Program-made: the position numbers and the translations under genes
The notes under the pieces: model-generated
Database searches by the model: none
What the model was told of the DNA's origin: nothing
What the model saw: the letters and a program-made list of their open reading frames with translations, nothing else
From: Raillietiella orientalis
Taxonomy: Eukaryota
Assembly (NCBI GenBank): GCA_036172245.1
Contig: JAYWIR010000013.1
Coordinates: 3,410,001 to 3,474,000, forward strand
Reading direction: 5' to 3'
Length of the DNA stretch: 64,000 nt
In this document: piece after piece, positions 25,860 through 39,400 of the stretch
How the letters are laid out: each line of letters opens with the position of its first letter
Numbering within the stretch: position 1 is the stretch's first letter

Positions 25860-28629
25860 ACTTGACGGAAGTGGGCTGGATATCATTATGCACGCGAAAC
25901 CATGACGTATGACAGCAAACAGAAAATGGAGTTTATGTTGCTCAGGAACACACACACACACTCCAAGATCATGGGGAGTCATCCTAGCGCCAAGTTGGCG
26001 CACCTGAGAGTCACCCGTGAGCGTGCTCCAAAAAGTGCCGGATGGGACGCTGTTCCGCCTTCTCCGATGTGCTCTTTGCGATGAAAGATCAAATGTTCCA
26101 TCTGCCCCTTGCGTGGTTTTGGATGATTTCAAACAGAGCACCACTTTCGAACGAGAAGAGGGGCGCAGCCCATGTGCTGTATTTTCCGCCTGGAAAATAC
26201 AGCAGATTTCGGGCCGGGAGTATGAGCGAGACCTTATTGACCTTATTTTCGAGTCATGACACGAGATGAAATGTCGAGTACTCGAGGTCGGACTCGCCTG
26301 GACTTTCCGTGTCCACTGAAGTCAAAAAAAAAGAGGCGTGCGAGTTGTGGGAAGCGCGGGCTTTTCCGAACAAGTGTGGGCAAACGTGACCGCAATGACG
26401 TCACCAATCGGTTTGAATGCGACGCTCCATCCTAAGGCAAAGGATGGTACTCGTTTATTCCCGAAACTGCTTCTTCAAGCAGTGAACGTTGCTTGGCGAC
26501 AGCGCGACTGCTGGATTGACGCGTTGCTTCTCCAAAAGGGTGTCTCCCATCTGGCAGCTTCGCATTCGTTCCTTCGAATCGTTCTTTTGTGTCTTACCCC
26601 TCGAAGGACACGATGCTCCCTCCCGCATATGAAACTTGTACTTCCAAGTTGACCAGAAACAAAAAAACACGCCGAGAGAAGAAGGTCTCCTAAACCACAT
26701 TCAAGATCTATGAAAGTATAATGAGCCGCTATAGCTGCTCTTCACGAAATGGCACCCTCTTTGGTGCTCGCGCACCACGCTGCTGCTGCACCTTGGTGAA
26801 CTGTGAGGGACGAGGTGCGAATTCTGTTGCCCGCTTGCGTACTCTTGTCGAGGGACGTGCGCAGCTCCTACTTCCGGTCAGCATTCGGTTTAGGGGTCGG
26901 CGTGCCCGAATGATTCCTACGAGGAGGGACGACCGTATGCAACAACGTTGCTCGGTGTCGAACAGGGCGTCGTCCCATTGAGCAGTTTTTTTTCGCCAGC
27001 TGTTTTGATTGTCTATGACTGTTATCATTTTTTTATTTCCCCAACGTTCAGTTGTCCTCACTTTGTTACATACAGAATAAATAGGCGGCGCGTTGTTTTG
27101 GTAATGCGGCACCCCACAGTGCTCGATTCGCAATGCATTTGGATTCGTGTTGATGCCGTGCTACTCTTAGTGGGGTGAGCCGAGTGGGGTGAGTTTGTAC
27201 GCGGGGATTCTTCGGAAACGCATCGTCCCACGAACCTTATTTGCTTCAGTAGGAGCTCCCCTGGAATTGAAACAGAGCCAGGGCCCCTTTTCCTGGTTTC
27301 TCTCTTCAGGTGTTTCTTGCCTTTCCCACCAGTACGGAAAACTGCTCAGCATTTTTTACAAAAGCATCCCACCTTTTTTTTTTTAAAAAAAAAAAAAGGT
27401 GGGATGTAGGAAAAGGTTATGCAACAGACTTTTTTTCCCTTCTTTTCCTGCTTTTACGTTGCTATGACAAGCAGGGATCGCAATGCAGGAAGAAAGCGCA
27501 GAGCCATAGGTTGGCTGGTGGAAGAAAATCACGCGAGATGGTAACTTTCAAAAGAGTAATGACCCGTAAGGTTCCAATGCCCTCGATTTTTTGGCGAGAT
27601 CACTGCAGCGATCCCGGGATTCTATTACGGGAGATGGAACTTACAAGTCCTGTCTTTCTAAACGTGCGGGATTCACGAGACCCTGAGGACCTTACTGAAG
27701 CGAAGAATTATCGAAAGAAGGGGCTGCCTGTCTTGTCCGCAAAATCTGCGGGTCGTGGAAGTGGAAATCCCGACCGACTACAAAACGGAAGAAAACGGCG
27801 CCAGCTGCACCCGCCGGAGCCACCACCACCACCTTTGCGAGCGCAGCCGCTTTCGGGTCTTCCTGCGAAGCAGCGCCTGCGGCGGGACTTGGAAGAAAGG
27901 GAAAAAACACCGCACGGGAAGTGTCAGGGCGCGGGGGAACTCTCTCGTCCTCAGTTCGGCACGGAAGCGACAGCGAAAGCAGCAGAAGAACAGCGAGCGG
28001 CGCTTCCCTCCAGCAGCGGGGCTGTCGGAACACTTGTGCAAATACGCGGCGACACGAAGTGTCAGCTGCTGCCAAACGCAAGCTGGCGCGCGCGCGCGCG
28101 CGCTCGCAGGTTCCGTTCGTGGAGGCTGCAATCTGAGGGCGAAGCTCACGGAGCCCTTCTCGAGTGCTTTTTCCATTTTGGCCCGCCACGATAAGCAGCA
28201 TGGCCGGTGATAGAGGCGAAGAAGACGCCATCCTTCTCCACGATGTGGAACGTGCGGTCACGCAGGCGTGTGTGTTGTGACCTTGCCTGCGCACACTTGG
28301 CCTAAGGTCGCGCTACGCATATTCACGATCACGTTCGCGAAGAAAAAAAAAAAAGAAAAATGCGATTTCGGAACAACTAAATGTCGACCTCTGACTTTGG
28401 AGGCAAGTCGGCAGTAAAAAAGGTCGAAGGCGTCCGAAACTCTCTGGAACGCAACTGGGAAGATCATGCACGTTTTGTCCCGTGGCATTTTCTCGGAAAT
28501 TTTCCTCTGGGCACACTGCTCTGGAGTCCTGCATCGCTTCAAACTGGCACAGAATCCACAGTCAACTCACCGCCCGCAGTGGCTCCGGACGGTGGTGGCA
28601 AATGCAGTGGCCAGTTTGAGAGGGAGAGA

Positions 28630-28650
28630 TCTCTCTCTCTCTCTCTCTCT
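28630..28650. repeat. (TC)n microsatellite
   Basis: Continuous TC run. Confidence 0.85.
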
Positions 28651-31600
28651 GACCTTGACTGCCGAGTGCGATTCGGTACGGATGTTGTTTAGGAAAAATG
28701 GGCAAGGTTCCATCGGCAGGAAGAACGCTCTTGCTGCCTCAAGACATCTTTTGACCGTGGTTAAATTCTCTTCCCGATGCGTTTCCCAAAAGAGATGCTC
28801 CTTTCGTTCCGAGGAGACGGACGGACCATTTCGTCTGGTCTCTTAATTAGCCAAACAGCAGCAGCAAACGAGCACTGTGTGTGGATCCTCGCCACGTTCT
28901 CATGGTTTCGTCTTCCGAAAGATGTCCACGCGAGGCACAATTTCGAAACATAGGTGGCCCTCGGCTTACGACGGGGCTCCGTCCCAACGACCCCGTCGTA
29001 AGTCGGCCCTGACACGTCACGTCCCCTTTTTTCCCGTTCGTTCTTGACGTGCTTGATTTCTATTTCTTTCTCTTATTTTAGCTTAAAACGGTTAAAAAAG
29101 CGTAGCAACCTACATAAACATTTAGAAATTATTTATTAGTGTATACGTAAATACATAAATATTTATAAAACGAAAAAAGAAAAATTTAAGAAAAAGATAC
29201 ACACCCACGTATCGAAATTAATGCCAACATAATCAAAAAGCTTACTAACGGTGTTTGGACTAAACGATATGATCCGCAACCGGGAGCAGTCGTTTTCTGG
29301 AGTCCTTGATTTCGTTTCGAATATGCTTCAGCTACTCCTTTCACAGAGAATTTTCTTTCCCACGATTTCTCTTCTTCATCTTCCTCATTCTTTCTTCTTC
29401 TTCAACGGTTTCGTTTTGGAAATCGATCGAGTTCTTGGTCGGTGGTCCTTCTCCGCGCCCTACTCATTCTTATTCGGCAACGTTTCGTCCGTCAGAGAGT
29501 CGGACGCCGTCGCAAAAGTGCGAATCGCCGTAAGTCGAGGGCTACCCAATAGGGCTACCCATAGTGGGTCGAAGGCCTGGTGAAGACGGCATCGGTGCGT
29601 CGTTCACTTTGGCTGGATCGCCGATCACTTTGCCGTCGTGCCCTCCTCGCTGCGTTGGTACGTTCCCTCGTTGAATGTCCAGCAGAGGATCAGATGTTTC
29701 AGCAGTGGGATGCTCCCGAGTGCTCTCCGGTGATCCTCCGGGAAGATCGAGGCTTCGGAAGCGAAGGAGCGAAGGAATGCGTTGCTGAGGAGCCACGCCT
29801 TGGGAGAAGGGCGGCGGCGCAACAGCGGCATCAAACCGAGGATCCCCCCATCCCATCCCCGAGACTGTTCCACCTGGCTTGGGCCGAAGAGCACGGCTGA
29901 TGGGGAACGGCGCCCGGTTTGGAAAAATCGTGGTGAAAAATTCCCTTTCCCGAGTTCAGCGAACGCAGCCTCCGTCTCCAAGGAACAAATGGATCCGAGA
30001 AAAAAGGGTATTTCGAGAGTCGCGTCCTCTTGCGGCTGGTGCTTGCTCCGAAGACCTTTCCTCAAGCAAACCCTTCCCGGAGGAAGTAGGTCAGGTGTTT
30101 AAAATAAGATGCGGCAACCCTTGCCGGCACCCGAACCTGCGGCGTGGCAGCTGAAATAGAAAGCTCCGAGGCCAACGCGACCAGAAAGCAGGTCGCTTCT
30201 CGAGGGAAAATCTTCTTTCACGGACCACATCTCCAGAAAAGGATGAACAGAAAGTGGAGCTGCCGGTGTTTGCTGTCGGGCGGCCTCGTTCAGCTTGGCG
30301 CGCGTTTTCGGAGTCGACGGCCGTTAATCTGACAGTCAGCTCTTGGCCTATCAGGGATGCCATTTGCTAGTCCTTTTCCCTTCCTTATCGGCATCGAATT
30401 CCTTATCGCGATGGCTTCGAAGATGTTTTCTCCTCCCGGAACACCAGGGGCGCACGTGCTGATCGGTTCGTTTTCCTCGGCTGAAGATCTCACTAACCCA
30501 GCGCGCCGGCTTCGCGGCAGGCACGCAAAGGAGCACCAAACGGGAGGGGCTGCCGCCGCGACAACCGGAGGTGGACGCGGCCATCGAGAGCTCCTTGTCC
30601 CGCTCGCCGAGCCGGACCTCCGCAAGGGACGAATTCCCACAGGGCTCTTTGTCCGGAGCCCATTTTCATGAGGGGAGAGCGGGGCACAGGCGCGCAGCAG
30701 CCTAAAGGGTTCCCGCGCGCTTCCGCATGGGCCCGCCCTCGACCGCCGCAGCTCTTCGCCGGGCACTGTTGCCTCGGGTGGACAGCAGCGCAAGGGCAGA
30801 CCCCCCTGCCTTCCGTACGGAATCCGAGGGTCGTTTCCACGGTTTCCTACGGGTTTCCCCTTTCCAGGGGTTTGGCGCATTGTCTTTTTTTCCCTCTCTT
30901 TCTTTCGCCACGGGTCGGGAGGTGACGAGCTGTCGTCATGGAGACAGCGAGCGGTTCGACGTGGCGTTCACGAGCGTTGGGGAAACACTGGACCTCCTTA
31001 AGAGACCATCTCGACCAGAGTTCTTCCCGGACCCTTCCGGGGAGAGGCTTATACCGTCCTGACCAGGCACAATTTGCCGGAGGCTGCAGCAAGCCCTGCT
31101 GCCGTACTGACCCATGGAAGGTAGACACTCGTGACGAGAGCCAGCCGCAGGTCGCTTCCTGATTTTCTCCAGAGAAGAACCGCTCAGGACGAGGTCTGAT
31201 CAGAGGAGTTCCGAAGACCCAGGTCGTCCGCTCTCGCCGGAAGGCCTGGTCGGCTGTGTGGCTGCAAATCTCCCCCGGCTCCTAGGCGAGGGTCGTCGGC
31301 TGCAACTCCGGGAGATCTTGACTCGCCCAGCATCCCTGGACCACCGCGTATTCCCCGATGTCTTCCCTTCCGTCTGCTTCCAGCATGAGGACGCCCGACA
31401 TGCGGTCCCGCAGCGTGCCGTCTTCTTCGCCAGGCAAAAAGATGCTCCGGAGGAGGCTAGGCAACCTCTGGAGCAACCTCGGGAAGGGACACTCGCTGTC
31501 CCGAGGCGAATCGCACACAGGAAGGGGAGGGGGGGATTTCTTCACCCTTTCATATCATCCAGCGCAGAAATGGTGAACTGTGAATGCTAAACGGAGCTTT

Positions 31601-32866
31601 CGGGATCACCTCCGCGCCAAAGGCTGGTTGCCCCGACAACGATGCTGGCGCCTTCCCCGCGACGACCTCATCCCCCTCTTTCCCGATCCTATCCTCCCCT
31701 GGCTGTGGGCTCGCCATCCAGGGACCAGGCGAACGGAACCTAACGGAACGCTCGAGACAGTTGTGCCCCTCGTCCACTCGACCGCAGAGATGGCGGCGTC
31801 GCAAATGGCTCCGCTTCCAGACGCGTCCGCGGCGGCCACCCGTGGCAGGTCAGCGGGAAGAGCGCTGGCGGCGGAGGCGACCGTCGTCGCTTCCCGACTC
31901 GCCCGCCCAGGACGGCGCCGTGATCCCGCGAGGAATGCAGCGGCGGCTCCAGAGGGCACTCGTGTAGGACCTCCCGGAAGCAAACCGCGAGCGGAAAAGG
32001 AGGAAGAGGAAATCCGCATCCCTCTGTCCCTTCCGTATTGTCAAGGAGAGGAGGGAGGGGGGAGGTCTACGGCCCTCCCCAGTTCACGGAGGAGCGCGAA
32101 CGCGAGGGAGGCTGCGCGAGAAAAAAATCTCCCGGGAAGAAGGGAAGGAGCTGCAGTTTCGGACGGGGGCGGGTGGACCGGTAGACTGGGAGGGGAAAGT
32201 GGGTCTCGTGGAGAAAGGAAAGGAAGCCCACTCGATGGCTCCGTGGCGGGCCAGCGGGAGCGGGGGGTCGCCATCGCAACCATGCATCGGCCGACCGCCT
32301 CTTTGGCGCCGAAACAAGAGGGGAAAGCAGCAACGGATCGGGGGACGTGGACCGCAGGCGCGGACGGACGAGATGAGAAGTTCGCGGAGTGCTGGCGGGA
32401 TTCCTCCCGTGAAAATCCCGGCAGGAAGGGCAAGGCAGGGGATGCGCCAGAAACGCTGCTGCGCGGGGGAAACGCTCTCGGCGGCGAAACGGGATGGAGG
32501 ACGAGGTTTCTTGCGGGAAGAGTCTGTACGCGAGCGGAGAAAAGACAGGGGGTTGCGAGGGACGACCAAGGGCATCGGTAAGGAACGGCAGTTGGCGTGC
32601 TGCTCCCTTACCCTCCACCCCCGCCCCGTCCTGGAGCGCGCGCGCAGCAGCGTTCCCTCCCAGGGAGGGATGCACCGGACGCGCCTTTGCGCATGCCGGA
32701 GGCCGCTCGGCCGCCCTCTTCGCCTCTGCAGCCGTTCGAGGAACCGCGCGCGCGTGACACACCGTCCGCTGCCATGGTTACCTCTTGTTTATTCGTTTCA
32801 GAAGGAAAGAGTTAGTCACTCGAAGTGGACAGCAACGGGAGAGAAGAGGTGGATGCCGGGCACTCC

Positions 32867-35264
32867 TCACCGACCTCCTGGAGCGGAGGAGGAGGCCGCC
32901 TCGCTCCCGTTCCGGGAGGCCTTGGTCGGGTCCATGGTCACAGAGAGCAGGACCGCATCATCCTCGCCTGCGAGAACGATCTCGTGCGGAGAGTTCTGCT
33001 TCACCAGCAGGCTCCTCCCTTTGGACAGGGTGTACTCGACGCCGTCGGTCCTGACAGTGCTGGACCCTTCCTGGAACATAAGCGCGCGCCGGAATTACCG
33101 TCCCGTCCGCCACGAGAAGCGCACCAAGCAGCGGGGGAGGGTGCAGGGATGTGGGCAAGGGCAGGAGGGGATCGCCGCCCGCTCCCGTTCTTCGGTGGGG
33201 GGCGTCGCGAAGGAGGAGCGCGCGGGGGTCCTCGGACAGGTGGAGAGCGGCGGCACCGGACCCGGAGGCACTCACCAGCTGCCAAAGCCAGGTCTCCGAG
33301 TGCTCATGCGTGCACCTGTGGGTGCCCCTCCGGAACACGGTCGCATCCGTCTGGTAGCGGGCGTCGTACAGGCTCTTGCGCCCGTCCCTCTCCAGGTCGG
33401 CCCGGTTCTCTTGCAGCCACGTGGACAACTGGATGGGCGGGCAGATGTGTGCCTGGAAGTTGGGCCAGAAGCGACTGCTTTCGATGTCCTCCTCTGAGGA
33501 CAGTGCCGACGTCTTGCCGACGTCCTGGCGGCGCCTCTCGGACTGCAGATACTCCCGGATGATGGGCTTGAAGTCGGTCTCCACGTTCTCGCAGTGGAAC
33601 CACCGCTCGAAGAACAACTCCGTGGTGTCCTCGCACAGGAATCTGGGTGGGAGAAGAAACCCGCACGTGACCTGAGGAGCCCGTAACGACTGCGAGCAGG
33701 CCGCTGGGGCGAGGGCGCGCGTCTCGCCCGAAGGCCGCCAAAGCGACCCCCGCGGCTCGGTTCGCGCTCGAGCTTCCTTCTTTTCGCTTCTTTTTCGTTT
33801 TCCCTGGAAACTGCGGGAGACAACGGCAACAAGAGACGCGGAAGAGCAACCGACGGCCGCTGAACCAACGCAAGAAAAGGGAGAGAGCAAGGAAACAGAC
33901 GGAAAGAACAAGGCAGAAGGAAGGGGCGCGGTGCTTCTTCGAGGAGGAGCGCCGAGGTCGGAGCAGAGGGGCAGGGCCTCTCTGCTGCGGAAAGGAGTCT
34001 GCGGGGCGCGCGCCCTCCAGACGGCATCCCGGGAGCATCCTCTCCGCCCCTCTCCCTGCCCTTTTCCTCGGCGAGTACTCACCTGAGCCCGTCTTTCTCA
34101 TGGGGCAGCCTTTCCCTCTGGATGACCAGGCCGACCGAGTTGTGGTACCTCTGGGGAGAGTGCGGGACTCTCGCGGGCAACAGAAACATCTGGGGAAGCA
34201 TCCCGTTGTTGTCACGCAGCCGCCGGGTGGGGGGAGGATCGCCTTGCCGTACCTCTCCCTCGCGGATGACCAGCTGCTCGAACTTGCCCTTGTTCTGGAT
34301 CCTCAGGCACATCATCCCTGTCACCATATAGTAGAGCTCCTCGCCTTCTTCCACGTGGTAGTCGCGGCGCTCGTTGGCTCCTCCCACAAACAGGACCTTC
34401 AGCTGCCCATCTCCGTGGCTGCAAGAACGTGTGGCCCGCATTCACGGAGGCAGTGGGTGTCCGCGGGGGGAGGGGGGTGGGGGTGGCGTCATCGCACCCC
34501 GCTCCGGAGCGCCAGAACTCTACCGCCGCCGCCGCTTCCGGGCCTGCCAGAACGGCGCGGGCGCATTAAAAATAAACTCCGCGGATGTCCAGGGGAACCG
34601 GGGGTGGCGGTCGTTGGTCTCCAGCCGCTTCGGCGTGGCGCCAACTACTGGAGCGCGCACGCGTTCGGCTTCGGCAACGGGAAGAACCGTCGGCCATTCC
34701 TGGAGGGTGGCACCAGTGACGTCCGGGATCCACCGCTAGTCGTCCTAGCAGCGGAGACGAGCTTTTCGCACGGGAGACGGCGGCGGCGGTGGCGAAGACC
34801 CGAGGGTCGCCTCCTCGGGGGAGGAGGAGGGGCGCTCGGTCGTCCGGCCGACGGTCAAGCAGAGCGAAATACGTGCGGGAACAGCCAATACCAGCTGGTT
34901 GCTGCCACTGCAGCTGCGCAACGCGGGCGGCGCCGCCGGACTGCAAGCGCATGCGGGTCCGTTCCCATGCCGACCGCACTCTCCGCGCTGATGCGGTGAT
35001 GCCGCGAGCGAACGAAGGGGCGAGGCCGGCGCTCCCAAGACCGGCAGCCCGCGGAGGAAAAGGAGGGGGAGAGGATGGAACCCACGAGACGACGTCACAA
35101 AGGAAAACCATCCCGGTAGTCCGTATCCATCCCGCGAGGACTGGGGGGGAAGGGGGGGAAAGAAAAACTCACAGAAGTTTGCTGCAGGTGGGTGGCACGA
35201 AAAACATCTTGTGGGTTTCGATCCACTCCGGGATGTTGTAGCTCACTTTTTGCATCTCGGCCAT
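32867..35264 (-). CDS. HAAO: 3-hydroxyanthranilate 3,4-dioxygenase-like, animal two-domain type; 5 exons, 311 aa
   Basis: Exons (minus) 35264-35173, 34418-34253, 34189-34083, 33642-33276, 33070-32867; 936 nt in frame. Sequence [61 protein letters not shown]...[20 protein letters not shown]...[23 protein letters not shown]...TWLWQLEGSS. Minus-strand AATAAA at 32788-32793. Confidence 0.93.
34741..34822 (+). repeat. Short direct repeat, copy 1 (in HAAO intron 1)
   Basis: CGTCCTAGCAGCGGAGACGAGCTTTTCGCACGGGAG...CCGAGGGTCGCCTCCTCGGGG is also present at 36338-36407. Confidence 0.85.
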
Positions 35265-36337
35265 TCGCTCTCCTCTCTGCGCTTTTGCGTTCTTCCGCGT
35301 GGTGAAAACGTCTCTCTGCTCCGCTGGCCCCAACCGCCGACCGCCCGATCACCAGGCAACTGCCGAGCGCCCTCGTGCGGCAGCCCGAAAGCTGCGCGCG
35401 TACCGTCCCCTCGCGCCGCGTGACATCAGTACCCTTTGCGTTCACCTTAGACGGTTGCAAGGTTACCAGGAACTCGATCGCTACCGCAAGGTCAGAACGT
35501 GCGCGCGCCGCAGGACGAGAGGGCGGGTAGGGGGGCAGGAAGCGAAGGCCCGCGGCTTGCAGAGCAAGAACCCCCCGGTCACTGCCCCGCCGACGGCTCT
35601 GTCCCGATCCCCCGACTCGCGCGCCGCCGCCTCCGCCCTCTCGTGAAGATGTTAGCAACTTTGCTTCTCGTGCTTGCGGCCCCCCCTCACTCGCTCGGCC
35701 GCCGCCACCGCAGCAGCAGCAGCCCGCGAATAGCCCCCGCCCCCGCAATCGCGCAGCTGCCAGGCGAGCGTATCCCGCGCCGCAGCGGCGGCGATCCCCC
35801 TCAACCTTGAGCGGGGAGGCAGGAAGCGCCGCGTGGATGGCGCTCGGCCCTGAGCGACGACGATGACGGCGCTCCGCTTCCAGCGGGCGGAGGCAGCGTC
35901 GGAGGGATGCGAGTACTCGCGGTCCCGCGTTCACTTCCCCTCCCTCCTCCCAGGAGGAGGGGAAAAACGGGAAGGCATCGCCTAGCGCGCACGCGACCTA
36001 GCGCCTTAGGCAGGGCCGCGCGCGCTACTGCGCGGCAGAGGGCAGGCGGCGGCCATCTTGAGATCGCGACGGAAACGTGCACGCGCGCCTTTCCTTCCCC
36101 CGTCTGACGAAGGAAAGCAGAGAACCAAAAAATCACGCGCACGTATCCTTGGAAACCCGACGCTCGTCTCCCTGAAGCACCAGTTTCCCCGCCTTCCTCG
36201 GTGGACCCGCTGCTGCCTCCGCGGCTGCTTGGCGACGGCGTACGAGGAGACTCCCCTCGTCCGGAAGGAGATGGCGACTATTGAAGATAAAAGACAACGC
36301 CAGCGGCGTTTGTCTTATCCGAGAGAGAGAAAGCGGC

Positions 36338-36407
36338 CGTCCTAGCAGCGGAGACGAGCTTTTCGCACGGGAGGCGGCGGAGACCCCGAGGGTCGCCTCC
36401 TCGGGGA
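36338..36407 (+). repeat. Short direct repeat, copy 2 (upstream of the HAAO start)
   Basis: Matches 34741-34822 with a shorter central GGC tract. Confidence 0.85.
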
Positions 36408-39400
36408 GGATGCCGCGTTGCTCGGTGCGGTCACCGCGGCGCTTCGCGAGACTCCCCGCAGAGATCGCTGCGCTGCGCGGGCCGCCACACAACGGAAGAC
36501 GCTCGCGCGTGGCGTTCCGCATGGCGCAACGAAAGTCTGGGGCGCGTGGCACTCCGGGGCGGACCGCTTGGTGCGCCTGCAGGTCACCTCGCGGCGCGAG
36601 CGGGCCGCGGCATTCGGGGAGCGGCGGCTGGTGGCAGTCGCGGCGTCCTCGAGCTGCGCTCCCGTAGCACGCCGCTCTTCTCGCCTGGAGCCGGTAGGCT
36701 CTGAGCAGCCCCTCGCCGAGGCGACGGCGCTCCTCGTCCCGCAGGACAAGAGGAATCGCGCGAAGAAACTCGCGAGGTCAGCAGGGACGAAAGGCCGCTC
36801 GAGAGGATGCTGCCCCGCGTCCGCGAGGATCCGGACTAGGAAAGGCAAAATCCCTCCCCGAAACCGCAATCTCTTGGCAACCGCTGTGCTTGCGCGCGAC
36901 CCGGTGGGGCAGAGCGGCGACGGCGGCGCGCGCTCGCGTTCCTTGGGTGGCAGGAAGGGGGCGCGGGAGCACGCAGGAAAGGCGGAGGAAGTTCACGTAC
37001 GAACGCGGGTTCCCCATTCCTCTTCCTTTCAAGGTCAGCCCTTCACCTCCGCGTGCACAGCTTCCTACTCCAGCGGCGGGTGCGCTGCCACCGATGGTGT
37101 CCGTCGCAGCATCCGGCCCGTATCGCTCGCCCCGCTTCCCTTCCCCCCTCCCCTCCACATCTCTCCCATCACCGGCGGCCCCGGACGAAACTTATCTCAC
37201 TGCTCCAGAGGGCTCGCCCAGCGCGGAGCTGCTGCCCTCTCCCTGGCGGACGAGCGGACTTCCCTTCGAAGGATTCTCCGTGAGGAGGGAGAGGGGGGTC
37301 CCTCGCCTTTCGCCTGTCCCAGGAGGGGGATTCGTGGATCCTACGGAAGCGGGGCAGGGCAGCACTCGAGATTCTCCATGGAGACGCGCCGCCAGGCTCG
37401 TGTGCGGCCTCTGCAATGGACGACGCGGAGCGCCGGCTCGCTCGGGCACCGCCTCCAAGGGCCACTGGGTAGCCCACCCGCAGCGAGGGGAGGGTGCTTC
37501 CAGCTCTTCGAACCCTTCTCCTCCCCTCTCCCCCCCCCCCTCCCCGTCACTCGCAGCAGCAGCCGCGCCTGCTTCCTGGAGCGGAACTGCGAGCGGATGA
37601 AGGAAGGGACAGCCGGATTCGTCGAGAGGAGTGGCGATCTTTCGTTCGCTCTCCCGCCGCCGCGGGCAGTTAGGCACCACGATTGGCCGCTCGGAGCGCA
37701 AGGAAACAATAGCACCGCCAGGATCATACAGGACTCGACGACCCGGGCTCCCTGGTAGACATCCCGAGAGTCGACGACGCTAAGCCCTCGGGACCCAGGC
37801 GTTTCTTCCAGGGACGCGCCACTCTCCGAGCCGCCTTCCGGCTTTTCCTCAGGTGGGAGGGGAGGGAGTAGGCGGCTCACGAAGCTCATTGACGCCGTTG
37901 ACGCCAGCGTTCACGAGGGGGGAGCGTAAATCCTCAAGCTAGGGAGTACCCCGGGGGATGACCACCTGTGAATCCAGGAAGGCTCCTGAGAAAGGTAGTC
38001 CCGTTCCTCCGTTCCAGGGAGCCCCAAAAGGAACCACTTCTTCCTCGTTCTCTTCTCCGGAGGGACTCCCGGAAGGATCCGCTCCTGGTTTCTTCCCCCT
38101 CCGAAGAGGACTCCAAAAGGACTCTTCCCAGTTTTTCTAAAGGGCCGCCCCCCGGAAGGAGAAGCGCGCGGTTTCTTCACTCTATGGCGCGGCTCCCTTT
38201 CCCCAGCCGGAGGGGAACCCGGAAGGACTCCTTGGTTCCTGTAAGTACCGCAGAGGGTCGTCGATTTCCGATCCCGGCCAGTCAACAGGGGCTTCCGAGG
38301 CTCCTGGCTGCTTCGACCGATGCTGCACTCCAGGCCGACCGGGGTCATCTTGACCTCGGAGTCGGACCCTTCCCCCGGGCGGGGATTTCAACCCGCGTCG
38401 CTTGGCGCCACCGCGCGCGAAGACCACGGCCACGCGGCTACCAATGCGGACCGCATAACTCTCCAGGGCTTCTTCCGGATGCACACGTCTGCCGCGCGTG
38501 ATAAGACCACGTTGCGTGGCTCGAGCTAAAAGCAGCTGAAGGATGCCGCGTCGCTCCGCGAGCGTTTGCCAGGAGCGGGGGAGGGGTACGCGGGTCAAAC
38601 GCTCCAGGAAGCTTGAAAGCGAACACAAACACACCGGACAGCTGATGACGTCCGCTACCCGAACCACTGAACGCCCGCGAGCTCTCCTTCCCGGAAAGCC
38701 AACACCAGGGAAGAGTGGAAGCGCGCGGTGGCGGGGAGGTGCGCGGCAAACGCCCCATGGTTGGGGCATCGGCTCGGACGTGGCTGCAGACCGCAGGCGG
38801 TGCGCGGATGCTGCAGTAGAGAGGCGCGCGCCCCACGGCGTCCGTGGCTCGAAGCCCTCCGGAAAAGAACACGGAGAGAAAGAAACGGCCACGTGTTTGT
38901 TCGACTGAATCTCATCGATCCGTCGAGTCGGCGGTACGTCCGCGGACGGCTCTCGCCGTAAGCACGCAGGACTCCCGATCGGCCTTCCCTCGGGATCCCG
39001 AGATCCGTTACCGGAAGAACGCCGCTCCCAGCATGCGAAGTTTCGTGGATCCTCGGGGCCTCCTCGTTCGTTGCTTCCTTCTTGCAGCCCTCTACCAGTC
39101 TGAAGCATTCGATCGGCGCCTGCATTCGCTCCCGTGGTTGTCTGTGGCTGCGGGAGGCTTTCGCGCCGCTGCGTATGCGGGGGGACAGCGGACAAGCACG
39201 CCACACCTCATACGGTGGGAGAGGTTTCACGTCGTGGAGCCGGGAAAGGCGTTCATCTCCTGCTAAGGTCCAAATCAAATTGCAGAGGCCGCTAAAACTC
39301 TGGAAAATTTGTGGCTCGCTGTTTTGAGAATTTTCATCATTCAGGTTGGCAGAATTTGTTAATCATTAACAGATTACTTCCGGCCAACTTTTCATGATAC

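Noticed and set aside
35649..35810. Short signal-peptide ORF MLATLLLVLAAPPHSLGRR... as a neuropeptide precursor
   Set aside because: The hydrophobic stretch is short, there is no repeated peptide motif, and it is plausible by chance in GC-rich DNA.
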